A DNA stretch of 64,000 bases from Octopus vulgaris (GCA_951406725.2 OX597817.1:56048001-56112000), one strand, 5' to 3'. Shown: positions 41,955 through 56,314, numbered from the stretch's first letter. Numbers and translations are program-made. The notes: generated by a model not told the origin, from the letters alone.

Positions 41955-42336
41955 GGTTAGAAAAAAGATAGATAGATAAATGCAGGCAGACGGCTTGACG
42001 CATGCTTCTGTATCTTTGTACACTCAATCATATACATGCAAAACATATCTACACACACACACATGCACACACTCACACACACAGCCATACACACACACAC
42101 ATACACATACGCAGACACACATCGCGCATGCAAGATTAATCGTTCGTTATCTTTTTTTTTCTGGTTGTTATTGTTTCGTTGTTTCTTTACTGAAATATTT
42201 ATTTATTTTTAGTTTGCGTGCGAACACGCGAGCGGGCATGCGTACGCGCGTGCGTGCCAGGGTGGTGTTATAGCTGGATTGTAAAAATCAGCCGAGCCAA
42301 CTCCAACAACAGTGATTGCTCCCGCCACCTCCATAC

Positions 42337-42462
42337 CTTGCTGGGGCGTTTCCCCGTGCTAGGGTCAATAGCATCACGCCCTATCGCCCTTCCCTCTAAC
42401 TGGGCTCGCGACGGGCAAGAATCTCCAAGGAACATTCCAGGCGGTCTCTTCGTATTAGTCAC
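42337..42462 (-). other. Candidate 126-nt in-frame exon of an unknown gene
   Basis: GC-rich unique island; acceptor TGTTCTGTCAG|G and donor AAG|GTATGG; 42 open codons (VTNTKRPPGMFLGDSCPSRAQLEGRAIGRDAIDPSTGKRPSK). No homology recognised. Confidence 0.3.
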
Positions 42463-42650
42463 CTGACAGAACACTCAGAACACACAGCTGGGGTGGGTTG
42501 TGCGTGGGGCATATGTATATAAATGTATATACACGCTCATACATACATAGATTGCTGTATACGCACACATATTAGACACACGCAGATACATATATTCCAG
42601 AGAGATATGTATCTTTGTGCACGAGCGCGCGTGTTATTTTCTATGTAATG

Positions 42651-42695
<45 letters not shown>

Positions 42696-42911
42696 GCATA
42701 TATTCATAAACAGCAATATATAGATAGATAGATAAGTATAAATATATATATACACACACGTGCATATATATATATATATACATGCGTTTATATATAAGCA
42801 TGTAAATATTAATATAATTTTAAGTATGAGTACAAGCACACACAAATACACATATACACACACACACACATATATATATATGTAATGCATATATATTTAC
42901 ATGTATGTATG

Positions 42912-42973
<62 letters not shown>

Positions 42974-43329
42974 TGTGTGTGTGTGTACATATATGCATAC
43001 GTATATATGCATGTGAACATACTATCGCGTAAAATAAAATGGCGTCAATAAATAAACGCACATAGACTCACATGCAGCCACGAGGACCCACCCCGAACCA
43101 CGCAGCCCCTCACATCCACAAATCTCCCACCATTCCCACCCGTACCCCCACCATACCCACCCCGTACAGTCATTACACATTAAACAGTTTCCTTTGTTTG
43201 TCAATTGTGTTGTGTGTTTCCAATTATTTCTCGTATTTCTCATTTTAGATAGTTTGTGATGTCTAATTATCATGATGTGTGTGCCATCACAGCCTCTTCT
43301 TGCATCGTATTCTTGTTGTTGATGTTGTT

Positions 43330-43790
43330 CGTCTATCCCCTGTTCAGCCCCTCTTCCAGCAAACCTATGATCAAAGACGTTTCAATTACTATGGCCGTCC
43401 CCGCTCTTTATTTATTTCTTGTTTCCCTTCGATGGGGGAGTTTTTAGACGTAATATATCTAGGATTACATCATCTTGTAGGCTGTAATTTAGGGAATGAT
43501 TTGGCTGCTGTTTCCAGTATTTGTTTAGCGTTTCTATTGTTGGCACATTGCTGTAGCTTGTACAATAATGTAGAATATTGGCGATCTCAGCGCTTTTATT
43601 GTTGATGTTTAACCCCAGGTCAACCTTAATGTAACAAACCTGTGATCAAAAGTGCTCCATCTTTTTGTATTCCCTGTATTATTTAGAATTAATCAATGCA
43701 TCCTTTATCTTTTAATGACGTAAAGCATGTTCTGAGAGAGATCTGGTCGCTATTTCTAGCACCTGGAATGATAACGTAGAGTCCCTCATT
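43330..43790 (+). repeat. Old dispersed repeat, two tandem copies
   Basis: Motifs ACCTATGATCAAAG...GATTTGGCTGCT(A/G)TTTC(T/C)AG. Decayed relatives at ~4300-4500, 13450-13650 (-), 41190-41440 and 52540-52960. Confidence 0.6.
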
Positions 43791-44657
43791 AAATTTATAC
43801 TTTATTTACATATCTAATTTTATGGCAATTTAAGGCATACACAATTGATCGGCCATTTTTATAAAAATGAGGAAAAGCATAAAATAGATGCAAACGGATA
43901 GATGTGTATATTTACACATGAATACATACATATATACATACATACAGTCGTGCGTACAAACACACAACACACTTATACATATATACAAATATATACGAAC
44001 ACTCACACGTATAAATATATATGTATACATATATATTATGTGTATATACATACACACACACACACACACGCATATACGAGTGAGTGGGAAAGCGAAATAA
44101 AGTGGCACTTAGCACATTTGGATCATTTCATAACATTTTGATTGAATCTCATACTCGAAATCGAACCTAGCACTTCAGGTTTAGATAACTGGTTATCCAA
44201 CTTTAAGTTGCTTGGAGCCGAATGAAACTATTCTGTCCGCCATTTTACATCATAATCTTTTCTCCATTTGCTTCGTACACTAGCGAATACAAGTTCCAAA
44301 ATGTTTGAACGAAATCTATCGACTTTTATCTACGCTTGACAATCTTCACGCAACTATAAAATGATTAAAGAAACTACAACGCGACAACATTACACTGTAT
44401 CTAAAACACATAATACGGCGTCCACATGAAATTATTTTCTTGATTTGTATACGATTCGGCACCAAACGACGCTACACAAAATTGTTTTACCTTATAACAT
44501 TACACTAACCAACACCACTCTATACTTCATGGTACCACAACTCTGTGACACACCAGAACCCAGATCATTACATCACATGATCCAGCCTACGACCCATAAT
44601 CCATTTTCCGCCATTTTGAATTTAATCCTATCACTGCTACTTTCACTCTTACTCTCA

Positions 44658-44839
44658 CCGCTACTCTCATAGCTACTTCTACCATTGCCTCACTGGTTGC
44701 TTCTCTGATGCCGATGCTGTTCCTCTCCTTCTCCTCTCCTGCTGCTACTCTTAATATTTACACTGCTACCACATCCACTGCTACCTAAAGCAATTATGAC
44801 AGTTAACACAGTCAGTACACTCCAAATTTTTAGGCAGAA
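44658..44839 (+). repeat. 182-bp segment duplicated at 48393-48578
   Basis: Direct alignment with more than 90% identity and one 4-bp indel. Confidence 0.95.
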
Positions 44840-46299
44840 TCAAACCATCGTACAAGACTTGTACTTGTTTTCTCAGATTCTTGAACGGTGAGAGGCAGAG
44901 ATGACTTCGACATAATTCGAACTCAGAATTAAAGGGACATAACACTTTGCTGAACGAATATTCTGTGACCAGCTCTACCCATAATTTTGTCATCCACTAC
45001 CGCCAATGATGCTATGAGTTATAAAAAATATAAACAACGGAACTTTTAAAGGAAATAATTATCGTGTTTAGAAAATTTAATTACTTGATAGAGTTTCTAG
45101 ACACAAAATCTAAAACTTTGTGCAAATAAAGAACTGCCACAGATGCAGGATTACTAAGTTTACTAAGGACAAGGACCTCCTTCCAGATGTATTCTCTGAT
45201 TTGCGAGTGCATAGAGAGGCCAATCCATTCAGGCCATCTCCATCATTCTTACACATCTTTTAATACTTTTACTGAAGAACAGCACCTGATAATAAAAATA
45301 ACGACGGGTTGTCTTCATTGTCACAAGACCTTCAATATGTAAAGAAGGAGTATGATTCATTAAGTTGATACCAGTAAATCACTGGTATATTTATGCAATA
45401 AAACGTGAGGAATTACAAGGGAGATAATTCATCCTCGCAGATTTCAGAATATCAAAGATGCGCTGAAAATTAGTCATAATAAACCATTTAACACGGCGTT
45501 CTTCGCAGCCTTATCGATAAAACTCCTGAATCAATACAATTTCTGAATAAAGGATAATGCTTTGTTTGAATAACGGATAATGCTTGATGTTTGGTTTCTG
45601 CCGAAGTTAGTAACATCAAAATAAGTGATGACTGATTTTTTTTACACATTGCCATCACCGTTGTATGACGTAATTAACATCAATCGAATATATTTAGCTA
45701 ACTCCTTGCGTCACCGAAGGCTTTGGCACAGGATTCGTTTTGGCAGCATAGATGTCAGTAGTCTCTCTTCATTATTTCCGAAAAATTTACATGATACAGA
45801 ACTTTTTCGATGCAATATGATTTAAATACAACAGCAACAACAACAATTTCACGAATATTACATATTCTACAATGAACTCTCCCAATGAATGCAAGAATAG
45901 GCAATTATCTTTCAGCAGTAGCAAAAGCCCTTGATTAAAAACAAAACATATACCATACATATATACATGCATGCAAACAATCACACAAGCGTGCACTTGT
46001 ATGTATAAATATTTGCGTGTATGTTTAAGATAATGAACGATTGTGTGTTCTACGTTTATGTGTGAAATATGTAAGATATAAATAAATCATGTAAGAAATT
46101 TGTTGACGAATTTGTGGCAAATTTTCTTACGGTTTTTCGACAGTCATTCAAACGTAGATAATAAATTACATTGCAACATGTTTACGAATATTATTGTGTT
46201 TATTTCGTCACGCTGCTCCCCTAATTCACTCGTTTGAATTATAAACAGTAGAAAACTCAGAGTAATGATACAAGAAGCCTTTAAAATTAATTATAGTAA

Positions 46300-46750
46300 T
46301 GGTTTTGAATGTAGACAAAAGGTCAGCGTTTTTAAAGGGGGTGAGGTGCTACTTGATACCATCGAACTCGTCAATTGATTAGGGTATTTGTTTATCGATC
46401 CTGCAAGGATGAAAGGCAAAGTTCACATCGAAAAAGTGGAACTCAGGCACTGTCGAAAGCAGAGCGTAATGCCAACAGAGATATCACTGAGTATTTTGAC
46501 CGATGCGCTTACGACTCTGCTAGTTCCCCTGTTTTAACAATATCTTTCTATTACGGGCATAAGGACTGAAATTTGGGACGGCAGGGTGGGGGTGGGGGCT
46601 TCTCGATGTCATTGAACCCGGTCTTCAACTAGTTCTTATTGCAGCCCTCCGAAGGGGATGAAACACAAAGCCGAACATCATTGGATTTGAACACAGAAAG
46701 TGAAGACGGACGAAATGCCACTAAGCCGGTGTGCTAACGATTCTTGTCAG
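46300..46750 (-). mobile_element. Two decayed SINE family A copies
   Basis: AGGATGAAAGGCAAAGT and GGGATGAAACACAAAGCCG motifs with colinear flanks. Confidence 0.65.
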
Positions 46751-46769
46751 TTGTTTGACCTTAACCAAT

Positions 46770-47163
46770 TGTGCATGTCCCTTAGTGGCTGACGATATGT
46801 GCATCTCTGATCATGAGCAAAAGTAGTGGGGGAGCATCATAGCCATGTGTTTAGAGGAATTCTTTGGGGCTTGGATAATTCCCCTTTGGAAACATGGGTG
46901 TTTCATTCAACATCCTTAAACAACCGTTATTCAGGGACCTTTTGTGCAGTACAGGCTACTCGACCTGAAGAAAATTCTAACTGGGTCCCACCTGCAAGCT
47001 CATGCACTGTCTATCTTGATATGCGATCACCATGTCACGCACATATCGTTGTGATGCATGTGCCTGGTGTACCCTTATCAGACGGGTAGTCATGATGGGC
47101 ACATTGGGCTCCATATACTTGTAGCCCAGTGTCACTTTGATTGCATCTGCTGCTCTCTCACTC
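46770..47163 (+). mobile_element. Retroposon-like repeat (family D) ending in (AAT)n
   Basis: A second, 5'-truncated copy at ~49905-50104 shares the same 3' end (...TGTCACTTTGAT...CTCTCTCAC(T/A)C) and is also followed by a long (AAT)n. Confidence 0.7.
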
Positions 47164-47246
<83 letters not shown>

Positions 47247-47256
47247 CAACAACAAC

Positions 47257-47315
<59 letters not shown>

Positions 47316-47349
47316 TAAAAATAATAATAATGATAATAATAATAATAAT
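47164..47349. repeat. (AAT)n microsatellite
   Basis: Source of the poly-N/I/L ORFs. Similar tracts at 27227, 35500, 50105 and 55040. Confidence 0.98.
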
Positions 47350-47580
47350 GAAATTAAGATGTTTAACGGAAAAAAAGCAGGATCGAAAACGGCACAAGAC
47401 GGTACAATTCAATATTTTACAGAGTTATATAAAAGCATGTCACAAGCAAACTCAAAAAGAAGAAAATTAAAAACAGGAAATAATCCGATCCCTACCCCTC
47501 AAAAAAATTAAATAGGGAGATGATCTAGTACTGTTCGTAGAAATCAACGCCCCCATCCCCCGCCAAAAGAATAACATTTT

Positions 47581-49190
47581 CAGTGTACGCCGCCGACATC
47601 ACCGCCACGTTCTTGTACACCAGCGACATCGTGATGACCAGCACAGGTTTGAGAGATTGCAAGGAGGTGAAGAAAGCAAAAGCCAACCAAGAAAAGAGCG
47701 TGGGCCTGTTGCTCGGGACTTTCCGAGGCAGGTCCGCGTCTTTCTACAGTTACATGCAGCGCGGGATACACCGCCAAACGCAATCACGTTTCAAGAGTCA
47801 GAGACTGGAGAAGCTTAATTCTTGATGGAATGAGCGCCTAATAATGAATGATTACGATAGTCGACCATTCACTCGAACTACCGTACAGATGTCGCTGTAT
47901 TTTGCGGCAATACAATCGTGAAACACATAGCTGGAACTGGCCGCCATTTGAACAACTACTAAGTATTGTTGGTTGGCCATATCGAAAACTTTTGATTGAT
48001 ATAAATTGATGAGGGCCTCACCCACGCCAGGTCGATTTCTAATCCTTGCTATGATATATTGCATGAAGTTGCGGTTTCATGCATAGATCAGTTTGAGATG
48101 GCACACGTTGGGCATTGCCAATTAGACCATCGACGACAACCACCAAACACTTTGCTAACACCTAGGTCAAGATTTTGAAATCTACGTTTAACATATACAT
48201 GGACCGAAAATTATCCCCCTTGTTTGGTTCCTTTCTCAGCAGCATCATCATTCCTCGGCTCACAGAACTAGGACTTCCCTTGCTCTGCTGCCGGTTGCGG
48301 TAGATACTTGCCAAGAAGTCTCCAAACTAGACTGGTATATCAAAGTAAAGCTCAGGGCAGACCATCTAAACATAGCCATTTTTCTACTCGTGCCGCTACT
48401 CTCATAGCTACTTCTACCATTGCCTCGTTCACTGGTTGCTTCTCTGATACTGATACTGTTCTTCTCCTTCTCCTCTCCTGCTACTACTCTTACTATTTAC
48501 ACTGCTACCACAACCACTGCTACCTAAAGCAATTATGGCAGTTAACACAGTCAGTACACTCCAAATTTTTAGGCAGAAGTACTTACCGTACTTCTATGGT
48601 TGTTATGGGTCATTCGCAACACCTGCTTCTGTTGTTGAGAGTCGCAACTGGCCGTTGGCGTTAGTCCTGTAGTCCATTCTGCGCTCTTGTCTTCCATTCG
48701 CTCGGGACAGTTGATTGAAGGGCTCCTAAAAAGCCGAACACTTCTACTTGGCATCAAGCTACATGCAAGCATTATTGTCCACCAAAGATCCAATTATGGC
48801 ATTGTTGCCACGCTCTGTTTCTGCCACTCGGGCCAATCGAACGGCTTTCGGCCCCGCATGTCCTAGAGTATGCACCTCTGCACTGACAATACAGCGTTTG
48901 CAATTTGCGTTAACGAACTGGTCGAGGGCTAATCTCGTCGGAAGCACGTTTGTTGCGGTAACTTTCCTAAGAGCTTTTTCTAACTTTCTAAATCCCGCGT
49001 TACGCTATTTACCGCTATCATTCTACTTTAAACGTCCGGTTAACTTCTCTAGTCATCGTTACTTAGCGCGTCAAGACCGACGTGATTAACTTCCAGTCAC
49101 TGAGTCCCTGCCTCCGAAGTTTATCTAGGTCGACTGAACTGATCACAACCCTGTGGTCTGAGTAGCCAATGATTGAGTGGCACTTACATT
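47581..49190 (-). mobile_element. Decayed, rearranged L1/Tx1-clade LINE ORF2
   Basis: Minus strand gives GYSDHRVV...WKLITS (endonuclease end), RLALDQFV...RLARVAETERGN, LDGLP and INLYQSKVFD (RT). The YADD-like block (VYAADIT...NQEKSVGLLLGTFRG, 47581-~47740) is on the plus strand. Confidence 0.85.
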
Positions 49191-49194
49191 ATAC

Positions 49195-49850
49195 TTAACC
49201 AATACTTATTCCATCAACCCAGAAAGGATGAAACACAAAGTCGACTTCAGCGAAATTTGATCTCTGTACGTAAAGAGGAATTTGCTACGCTCTACCGATT
49301 TTGCCACACGGTTACACGGATCTAGTATCACACATTTGGTTTACTTGTGGTTCCGAGCGAAAAGCCGATTACGTTAACCTCAGTATTTCACTGGTATTAT
49401 ATTTTATCGATCATCCCCGTAAGGATAAATCACGACGTTTAATTCTGTGGTGTAAAGGGAGATAACTATATACGGAGAAGTAATTTGTACGTCACGTCCA
49501 TAATTCTGACATTTGTCAATCATCAGCAACCATATATTAGTAATAATGATTTCTTCTATAGGCGCAAGGCCTGAAATTTGAGGGATGAGGACAGTTGATT
49601 ATATCGACGCCAATACTCAACTGGCACTTATTTTATCGACCCCGAAAAGATAAAAAAAGAAGGGGCGACCTCGGCAGAACTTGAACTCAGGACGTATAGA
49701 CGGACGAAATGCTGCTAAGCCTCTTGTCTGGCGTGCTACCGAAGAGGGGGAAGTGTTAGTCTGTATCATCGGTCCCAGCACTCAACATGTATTTGTTTCA
49801 TCGACTCCGGCGGAATTTAAACTCAGAACGAAATGCTACGAAATATTTGG
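49195..49850 (-). mobile_element. Cluster of decayed SINE family A copies
   Basis: Repeated ATCGACCCCGAAA / GGATGAAA / GAACTCAG motifs. Confidence 0.7.
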
Positions 49851-50140
49851 TATAAAAGATGGGCCCCAGTAAATATCCTGCTTAATACTGTAGGCTTGTT
49901 TTGAACCTGAAGAAAATTCTGGGCCCTAGCTGGAAGGCCATGTGTTGCATATCATAATATGAGGTCACCATGTCACGCATATATATGGCTGTGACGTATG
50001 CACCTGGTGTTTCCTTATCAGATGGGTAGTCATGATGGGTATATTAGTCTTCGAACATTTCTAACCCAGCGTCACTTTGATGGCGTATGCTACTCTCTCA
50101 CACCATAATAATAATAATAATAATAACAATAATAATAATA

Positions 50141-50214
<74 letters not shown>

Positions 50215-50233
50215 AATAATAGTAATAATAATA

Positions 50234-50585
<352 letters not shown>

Positions 50586-50601
50586 TTATAATAACAACAA
50601 C

Positions 50602-50683
<82 letters not shown>

Positions 50684-53600
50684 TGATGATGATGATGATG
50701 ATTTCTTTTATTGACCAATCGGCCTCAAGATGCTGCAAACTGTACAAAGGCAGAATGCAAAAGAATATAAGAATCAAGAAACAGTGGGAGATTTATAAGT
50801 TGCAAAAACACTGAGATAAAGAAATGATCTAATCTAGTGGGGGTCTGCTCTTGGGTAGGTCCTGTGCATGTGAATCTTCTCCAGTTCTTCATATACGACC
50901 TGGGAAGGCCCGTAACCCCCACCTGTCGCCGTTAAATAGTTTACTGGTTTTTCGGCTGCCATGATTAGACTTGGGATGGACGCTGGAGTGCTTCCCCGTT
51001 ACCTTCTCTAGGCAGGTAGGATTTGAACTCAGGATGTAGAGAGCCGGATGATATACCGAAAAGCATTAGCGTTATTTTGTCTGTCTTTCCGTCCTGGGTT
51101 CAAATTCCGCCAAGTTCGACTTTGTTCTTCATCCTTTGCAGCTCGATAAAATAAATACCAGTTGCATATTGGGGATTGATATAATCGATATATTCCTTCT
51201 CACAAACTTGCTGGCCTTGTGCCAGAACTTGAAACTAATAACATAGGCTCAAGAAGTAAAATTTGCAAGGAGGGAAGCAGTCAATACCATCTACCCAGTT
51301 CTTACGGGTACTTTATTTTATCGACCCTGGAAAGATGAAATGTAAAGATAGCATCGGTGAGGTTTGAACTATTTCTTTCGAATTAAGAAAAGTGTCGGAA
51401 AAAGATAGTGCCGAGCAGTTTGTTCGACGCGCCAACGATTCTATCAAACCACTAGTTCTGGTGATAATTTTACTAATGAGAACAGGGACCAGATTACCTA
51501 ACGTTCGTACTTTTCCACAAGTACGTACAGTGTTCAAAATCGGATGAAATAGCGCCTTCTGAGTATCGAACTCGTGATAATAATTTCATCTCTCTCGATC
51601 TCTCTCCCTTCCTCCCTCCCTCTCTTTCTGTCTTACTTACTCGCTCTCTCTCTCTCTCTCACTCTCTCTCTCCCTTACTCTTATTTTCTCTCCAGTCTAA
51701 TTCTCTCTCTCCTATCTTTCACTCTTACTCTTCCTCTTTCTCTGTAATTATTACCACCACCAATACTACTACTACCACTACTACTGCTGCTGTTGTTGCC
51801 GCTGTTGCTGCTGCTGCTGCTGCTGCTGTTGCTGCTGTTGCTGATGTTGCAGTTGCTTCTCTGCCTATTCTAGCTATCTGCAACTGCTGCTACAAAAAAA
51901 AGCTGCTGCTGTTGTCCCTCCAGCGGCTGACATCGCTGCTGCTGCTGCCTGCTGCTGTTATTACAGCTACTGCTGCTGCTGTGCTTGCATTACTTGCTGC
52001 AGTTCGTGTCAGCTACGGCTGCTGCTGCTGATGATGATCATGATGGTGCCACTATTACTACTGCTACTGCTGTTGCTGCTGCTGCTGCCATCTTAGTTGC
52101 AGCTCTTCGCGAGCTTGGAGTTCTTGTTGCTGCTTCTGCTGCTGCAGTTACTGTTGCAGCTCTTGATTCTACCATTGTTGCTGCAGCTGGGGCTGTTGTT
52201 GCTGCACTCTGCGGTAACTATAAATTGTTGTCGATGTTGTTGTTCTTTTTTGTGCATTTCATTTTTTATTCTTCTTATTCGTGTTGTGATTACGATTGTA
52301 CCTCTGACACACTTAGCAGTTGTGGTTGTAGTTCTGGTGGTTGTGCAGTGGTTGTGATTGTTGTTGTGGCTGTGTTCATTGTTCAGATTCGTATTAATAG
52401 TAGAAGTAGTAGTACTAGTAGTAGCAATGGTAGTGGTGGTGGTGACGATGGTATCGGTGGCGCTGGTGGTATTAGCGGTACAGGTACTCTTGGTGTTGAT
52501 CATGTTGTAGTTCTTGTTGTAGTTGCTACTATTTAGCTACATGAGCATACGTAAGATCAGATCAAAGGCATTCCATCCATGACTATCTCGTCTTCTTGCA
52601 TATTAGGGAATACATTATCTAATTGAATCTTTCCTTTCTCTCCTACGGTAGGATTGTGATTCGAAGAAGATCTAGCTGCTATTTCTGGCATGTTGAGCGA
52701 CTACATAGAGACTCATTTGCTGCTGTTAGAATTATCCTGGCGTTAACGTTGATGCTGATGAGGTTGCTGGCGGTTGGACCTTAAGTCAACCCTAATGGAG
52801 AACTACGATCAGGTGTATTCCATTTGTGACCATCACGTTAATTTTTAAGCTGAGAGGACTATGTTACCGAAAGCGAGTTTTCTTTTATGTAGGAGAGTAT
52901 TGATGGGATTCCATTTGGATTTAGCTTCTATTTCTGACTTAACGGGCGACCTCCTATGGATTTGGACTTTATAATTCAAAAAACATTATTAGTGCCACAG
53001 AAATATTACTAAAACCACACACACACACGCACACACAAACCTAAAAACACAAAATATAAATCAAACTTGGCCACAACGTGGCTATTTTTTTATGCTTGTA
53101 AAAACAACTGAACATTCCTCAAACTGCACCCCGTACTTTTGTCTTTTCTTTTATTCACTCGGCTTGTAAGAAGGGTGGGTGTCCATGATATTTGCTGGCC
53201 CTCCGAGAACTGTGAGGTTGTTTAAGAGGAGGGAAAAAAAGGAAGGAAAGGAACATACGCATCCACCTTCGATTGTCGTTTTAGCTGTACAGTATGTGAA
53301 TATAAAACTGGATGGTCACGGCTGAAAGATCGTTAGATCTTTAATCCGTCTGCTTGATCGAGACAGACCGGGTGTTAAACAATAACATGAACGACAACAC
53401 TGTTACCTCATCTTTGGACATTACCAATCCAAGGCCTGGCCAATTCTCAGCCGCAAACAGAACTGAAAGGGGACAATATAATCATGTTAGGGGTAGAGTC
53501 TGACGATCAATTTTGGTGAAAGTATGGCGTTCATTCATAATTCTGTTAGTGTTTGGTAATGATTGTATAACGATGGTACCGAGAGCTGGGGGGGGGTAGG

Positions 53601-54153
53601 GTGGTGTTGCCGACGAGAGTATTGATGCTGGTGGTGGACGTTGTGGTGAGGGGACAGTGTTGATGATGATGATGATGATGATGATTATGATGATGATGAC
53701 GATGATGATGGTGACGACGACGACAACGATGGCGATTGTAATTGTGATACCCGTCGTGGCGGTGGTGGTGATAAACGATGACGACGACGACGGCGATAAC
53801 CATGATGATGATGATGATGATGACGACGATGATGATGATAGTTTCGTCTCGGCAAATGCTGATGAATGTGTTGGCAGTAACGATGTGTTTGACAGACTGT
53901 GCGATTGCAATAACGAGCAAAACTAACAAAAGCAACAACAGCAGCAACAACAACAACAGCAACAAAAGTAACGAGCAACAATAACAACAACAACAGCAAC
54001 AGCTAATAAAACAAATGCTACTAACTCCCAAAGGATTCCTAAATGAAAAAAAACCTACCAACATTACTAGCAACTGCAATCACACCGGGGAAAATGCTAC
54101 TGCTACCACAATCACCACCTACACCATAACACCCTCTACCATAAACACCAAGT

Positions 54154-54193
<40 letters not shown>

Positions 54194-54329
54194 CACTAAT
54201 AATACTAATACTACTGCTCCTGCTGCTACTACTATGACCAACCTTGTAATTACCATTCCAACCAGTAACATCCCTATTGCGAGCACCGTGATGGTTACGG
54301 CTAGAATTGTAGTTCTACACAATTTGGGG

Positions 54330-54597
54330 CAGTGTTTCCCAATAATTTTTTCATCCACCTTAGAACCCCTTTCCTTCCTATTTTACTTGGTTGAGCCCCT
54401 CATAACCATTTCGTGTTTAAAAAAATCTTATATTTTTAATATAGATGGATGTTATTAGGAATTGAATATGAAAGAAAAAAAAATTGTTGAAATATTTTGT
54501 ATTTTGTAGAAACTTAATTGGTTTTTTTTTTGTGTACGTAAATGCTGATAATATATGGACCCTTAAGGCTCATACGGACCCCGACTGAGAATCACTG
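54330..54597. mobile_element. hAT-type MITE
   Basis: TIRs CAGTGTTTCCCAA / CTGAGAATCACTG; flanks ATTTGGGG / ATCTGGGA (6/8). Confidence 0.7.
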
Positions 54598-54639
54598 ATC
54601 TGGGAAAACAAGAATACGAATAATAACCCTTAATCATTT

Positions 54640-55035
54640 GTATTATAGGCACAAGGCCTGGAATTTTGGGGGAAGGGAACCAGTCGATTAGATCGACCTC
54701 ATTACGCAACTGGTACTTAGTTTATCGACCGCGAAAGGATGAAAAGCAAAGTCGACTTCGGCAGAATTTGAACTCAGAACGTAAAGGCAGATGAAATACC
54801 TGTTTCTATTTCTTTACTACCCACAAGGGGCTAAACGCAGAGGGGACATACAAGGACAGACAAACGGATTAAGTCGATTATATCGACCCCAGTGTGTAAC
54901 TGCTACTTATTTAATCGACCCCGAAAGGATGAAAGGCAAAGTCAACCGCGGCGGAATTTGAACTCAGAAGGTAGCGGCAGACGAAATACCGCTAAACATT
55001 TCGCCCGGCATGCTAACGTTTCTGCCAGCTTACCA
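54640..55035 (-). mobile_element. SINE family A, dimeric
   Basis: Two tandem monomers with the same junction as 22963-23305. Confidence 0.9.
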
Positions 55036-55037
55036 TC

Positions 55038-55104
<67 letters not shown>

Positions 55105-55716
55105 CTAGAGCTTTAACAAAACGAACAATGAGAGGGACCCAATTGAATAGTTTCTCTGAAGACTTTCCTAATGTAAGAAAGAACAGTCAAATATTCCTCA
55201 ACTCACGCTATGGTTCTTAAAGAACAAAAAAAGTGAATGGAAATGGAAAATTAGAATTCATTGGTTAATATACTCCTTGTTGCACTAAATATATAAAATG
55301 TTGAGAAATAGATGGGGTGGCCACGGTTGGAATACATTCTATCAAAAACAGGGACCAATACCAGTGAAACACGACGATTAAAACGAAAATATTAGAAAGG
55401 GGTTTGATAATAGAACTGCTGTAGTTATTCCTTATTGCTTTTACAACCGCACCCTTCGCTACTGCTGCGCTTATTGCAGCTTGGGTTGTTGCAGTTGTTG
55501 ATGCTACTGCTACGGCTGCTGCTGCTGCTGTTGCCACTACCAGTGATGCTGCTGCTAATGTGGAGGTGGTGGTGGTGATGGTGACGATGATGATGATGAT
55601 GATGATGATGGCGCTACTGCACAGCCGTTAATTATATTCCTATTTCCTTTGTTCGTGCCAACTGGTCCATCTGACCATTCCACCCTCGTCTTAATTAGGG
55701 CGTGTAGCCTCCATTA

Positions 55717-55791
<75 letters not shown>

Positions 55792-56040
55792 GCATCTTTG
55801 TGAGCATATATTTAGTGAACATATGGATGTAGAAAGCACACACGCAGAACAACACACATACACGCACATTTATACATTTATGGATACGTATATGCACATA
55901 TATGTATAGATATATGCGCATATGTGTGTGTATATTCATATGCATATATACATACGTACACACATATATACACGTGTATGCGTGCAAACAGATATATGAT
56001 TCTAGACACACATACACACATACATGTATATATACATACA

Positions 56041-56126
<86 letters not shown>

Positions 56127-56130
<4 letters not shown>

Positions 56131-56314
56131 ATCCAAACAAGAAAGCACAAAAAAACACAACAACGTGAGGACGTGGAACAAATATAGTATTATTGGACGC
56201 TCAGGAAAGAAGGAAAGAAGGAGGGTTTAACGTTTCGAGCGGAGCTCTTCGTCGGAAACATAGGAGAAGGGAAGACAGAGGAAAAAATCGCCAACGGTAC
56301 ACACGAGGTCACAT
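56127..56314 (-). mobile_element. 188-bp hammerhead-bearing insert between two (TA)n tracts
   Basis: Sharp TA boundaries on both sides; related to 38601-38790. Confidence 0.75.
56225..56259 (-). ncRNA. Minimal 35-nt type I hammerhead motif (U4C variant)
   Basis: GTTT-CCGACGA-A-GAGC-TCC-GCTC-GAAA-CG-T-T-AAAC: 4-bp stem I, 4-bp stem II, palindromic ACGT stem III, GUU triplet. Confidence 0.75.

Noticed and set aside
45050-45800. Possible very old CR1-like RT remnant
   Set aside because: Only faint motif resemblance; it needs a translated HMM search.
46770-47163. HDV-like or other ribozyme in repeat family D
   Set aside because: Only a short TACCC/GGGTA hairpin; I could not build the double pseudoknot.
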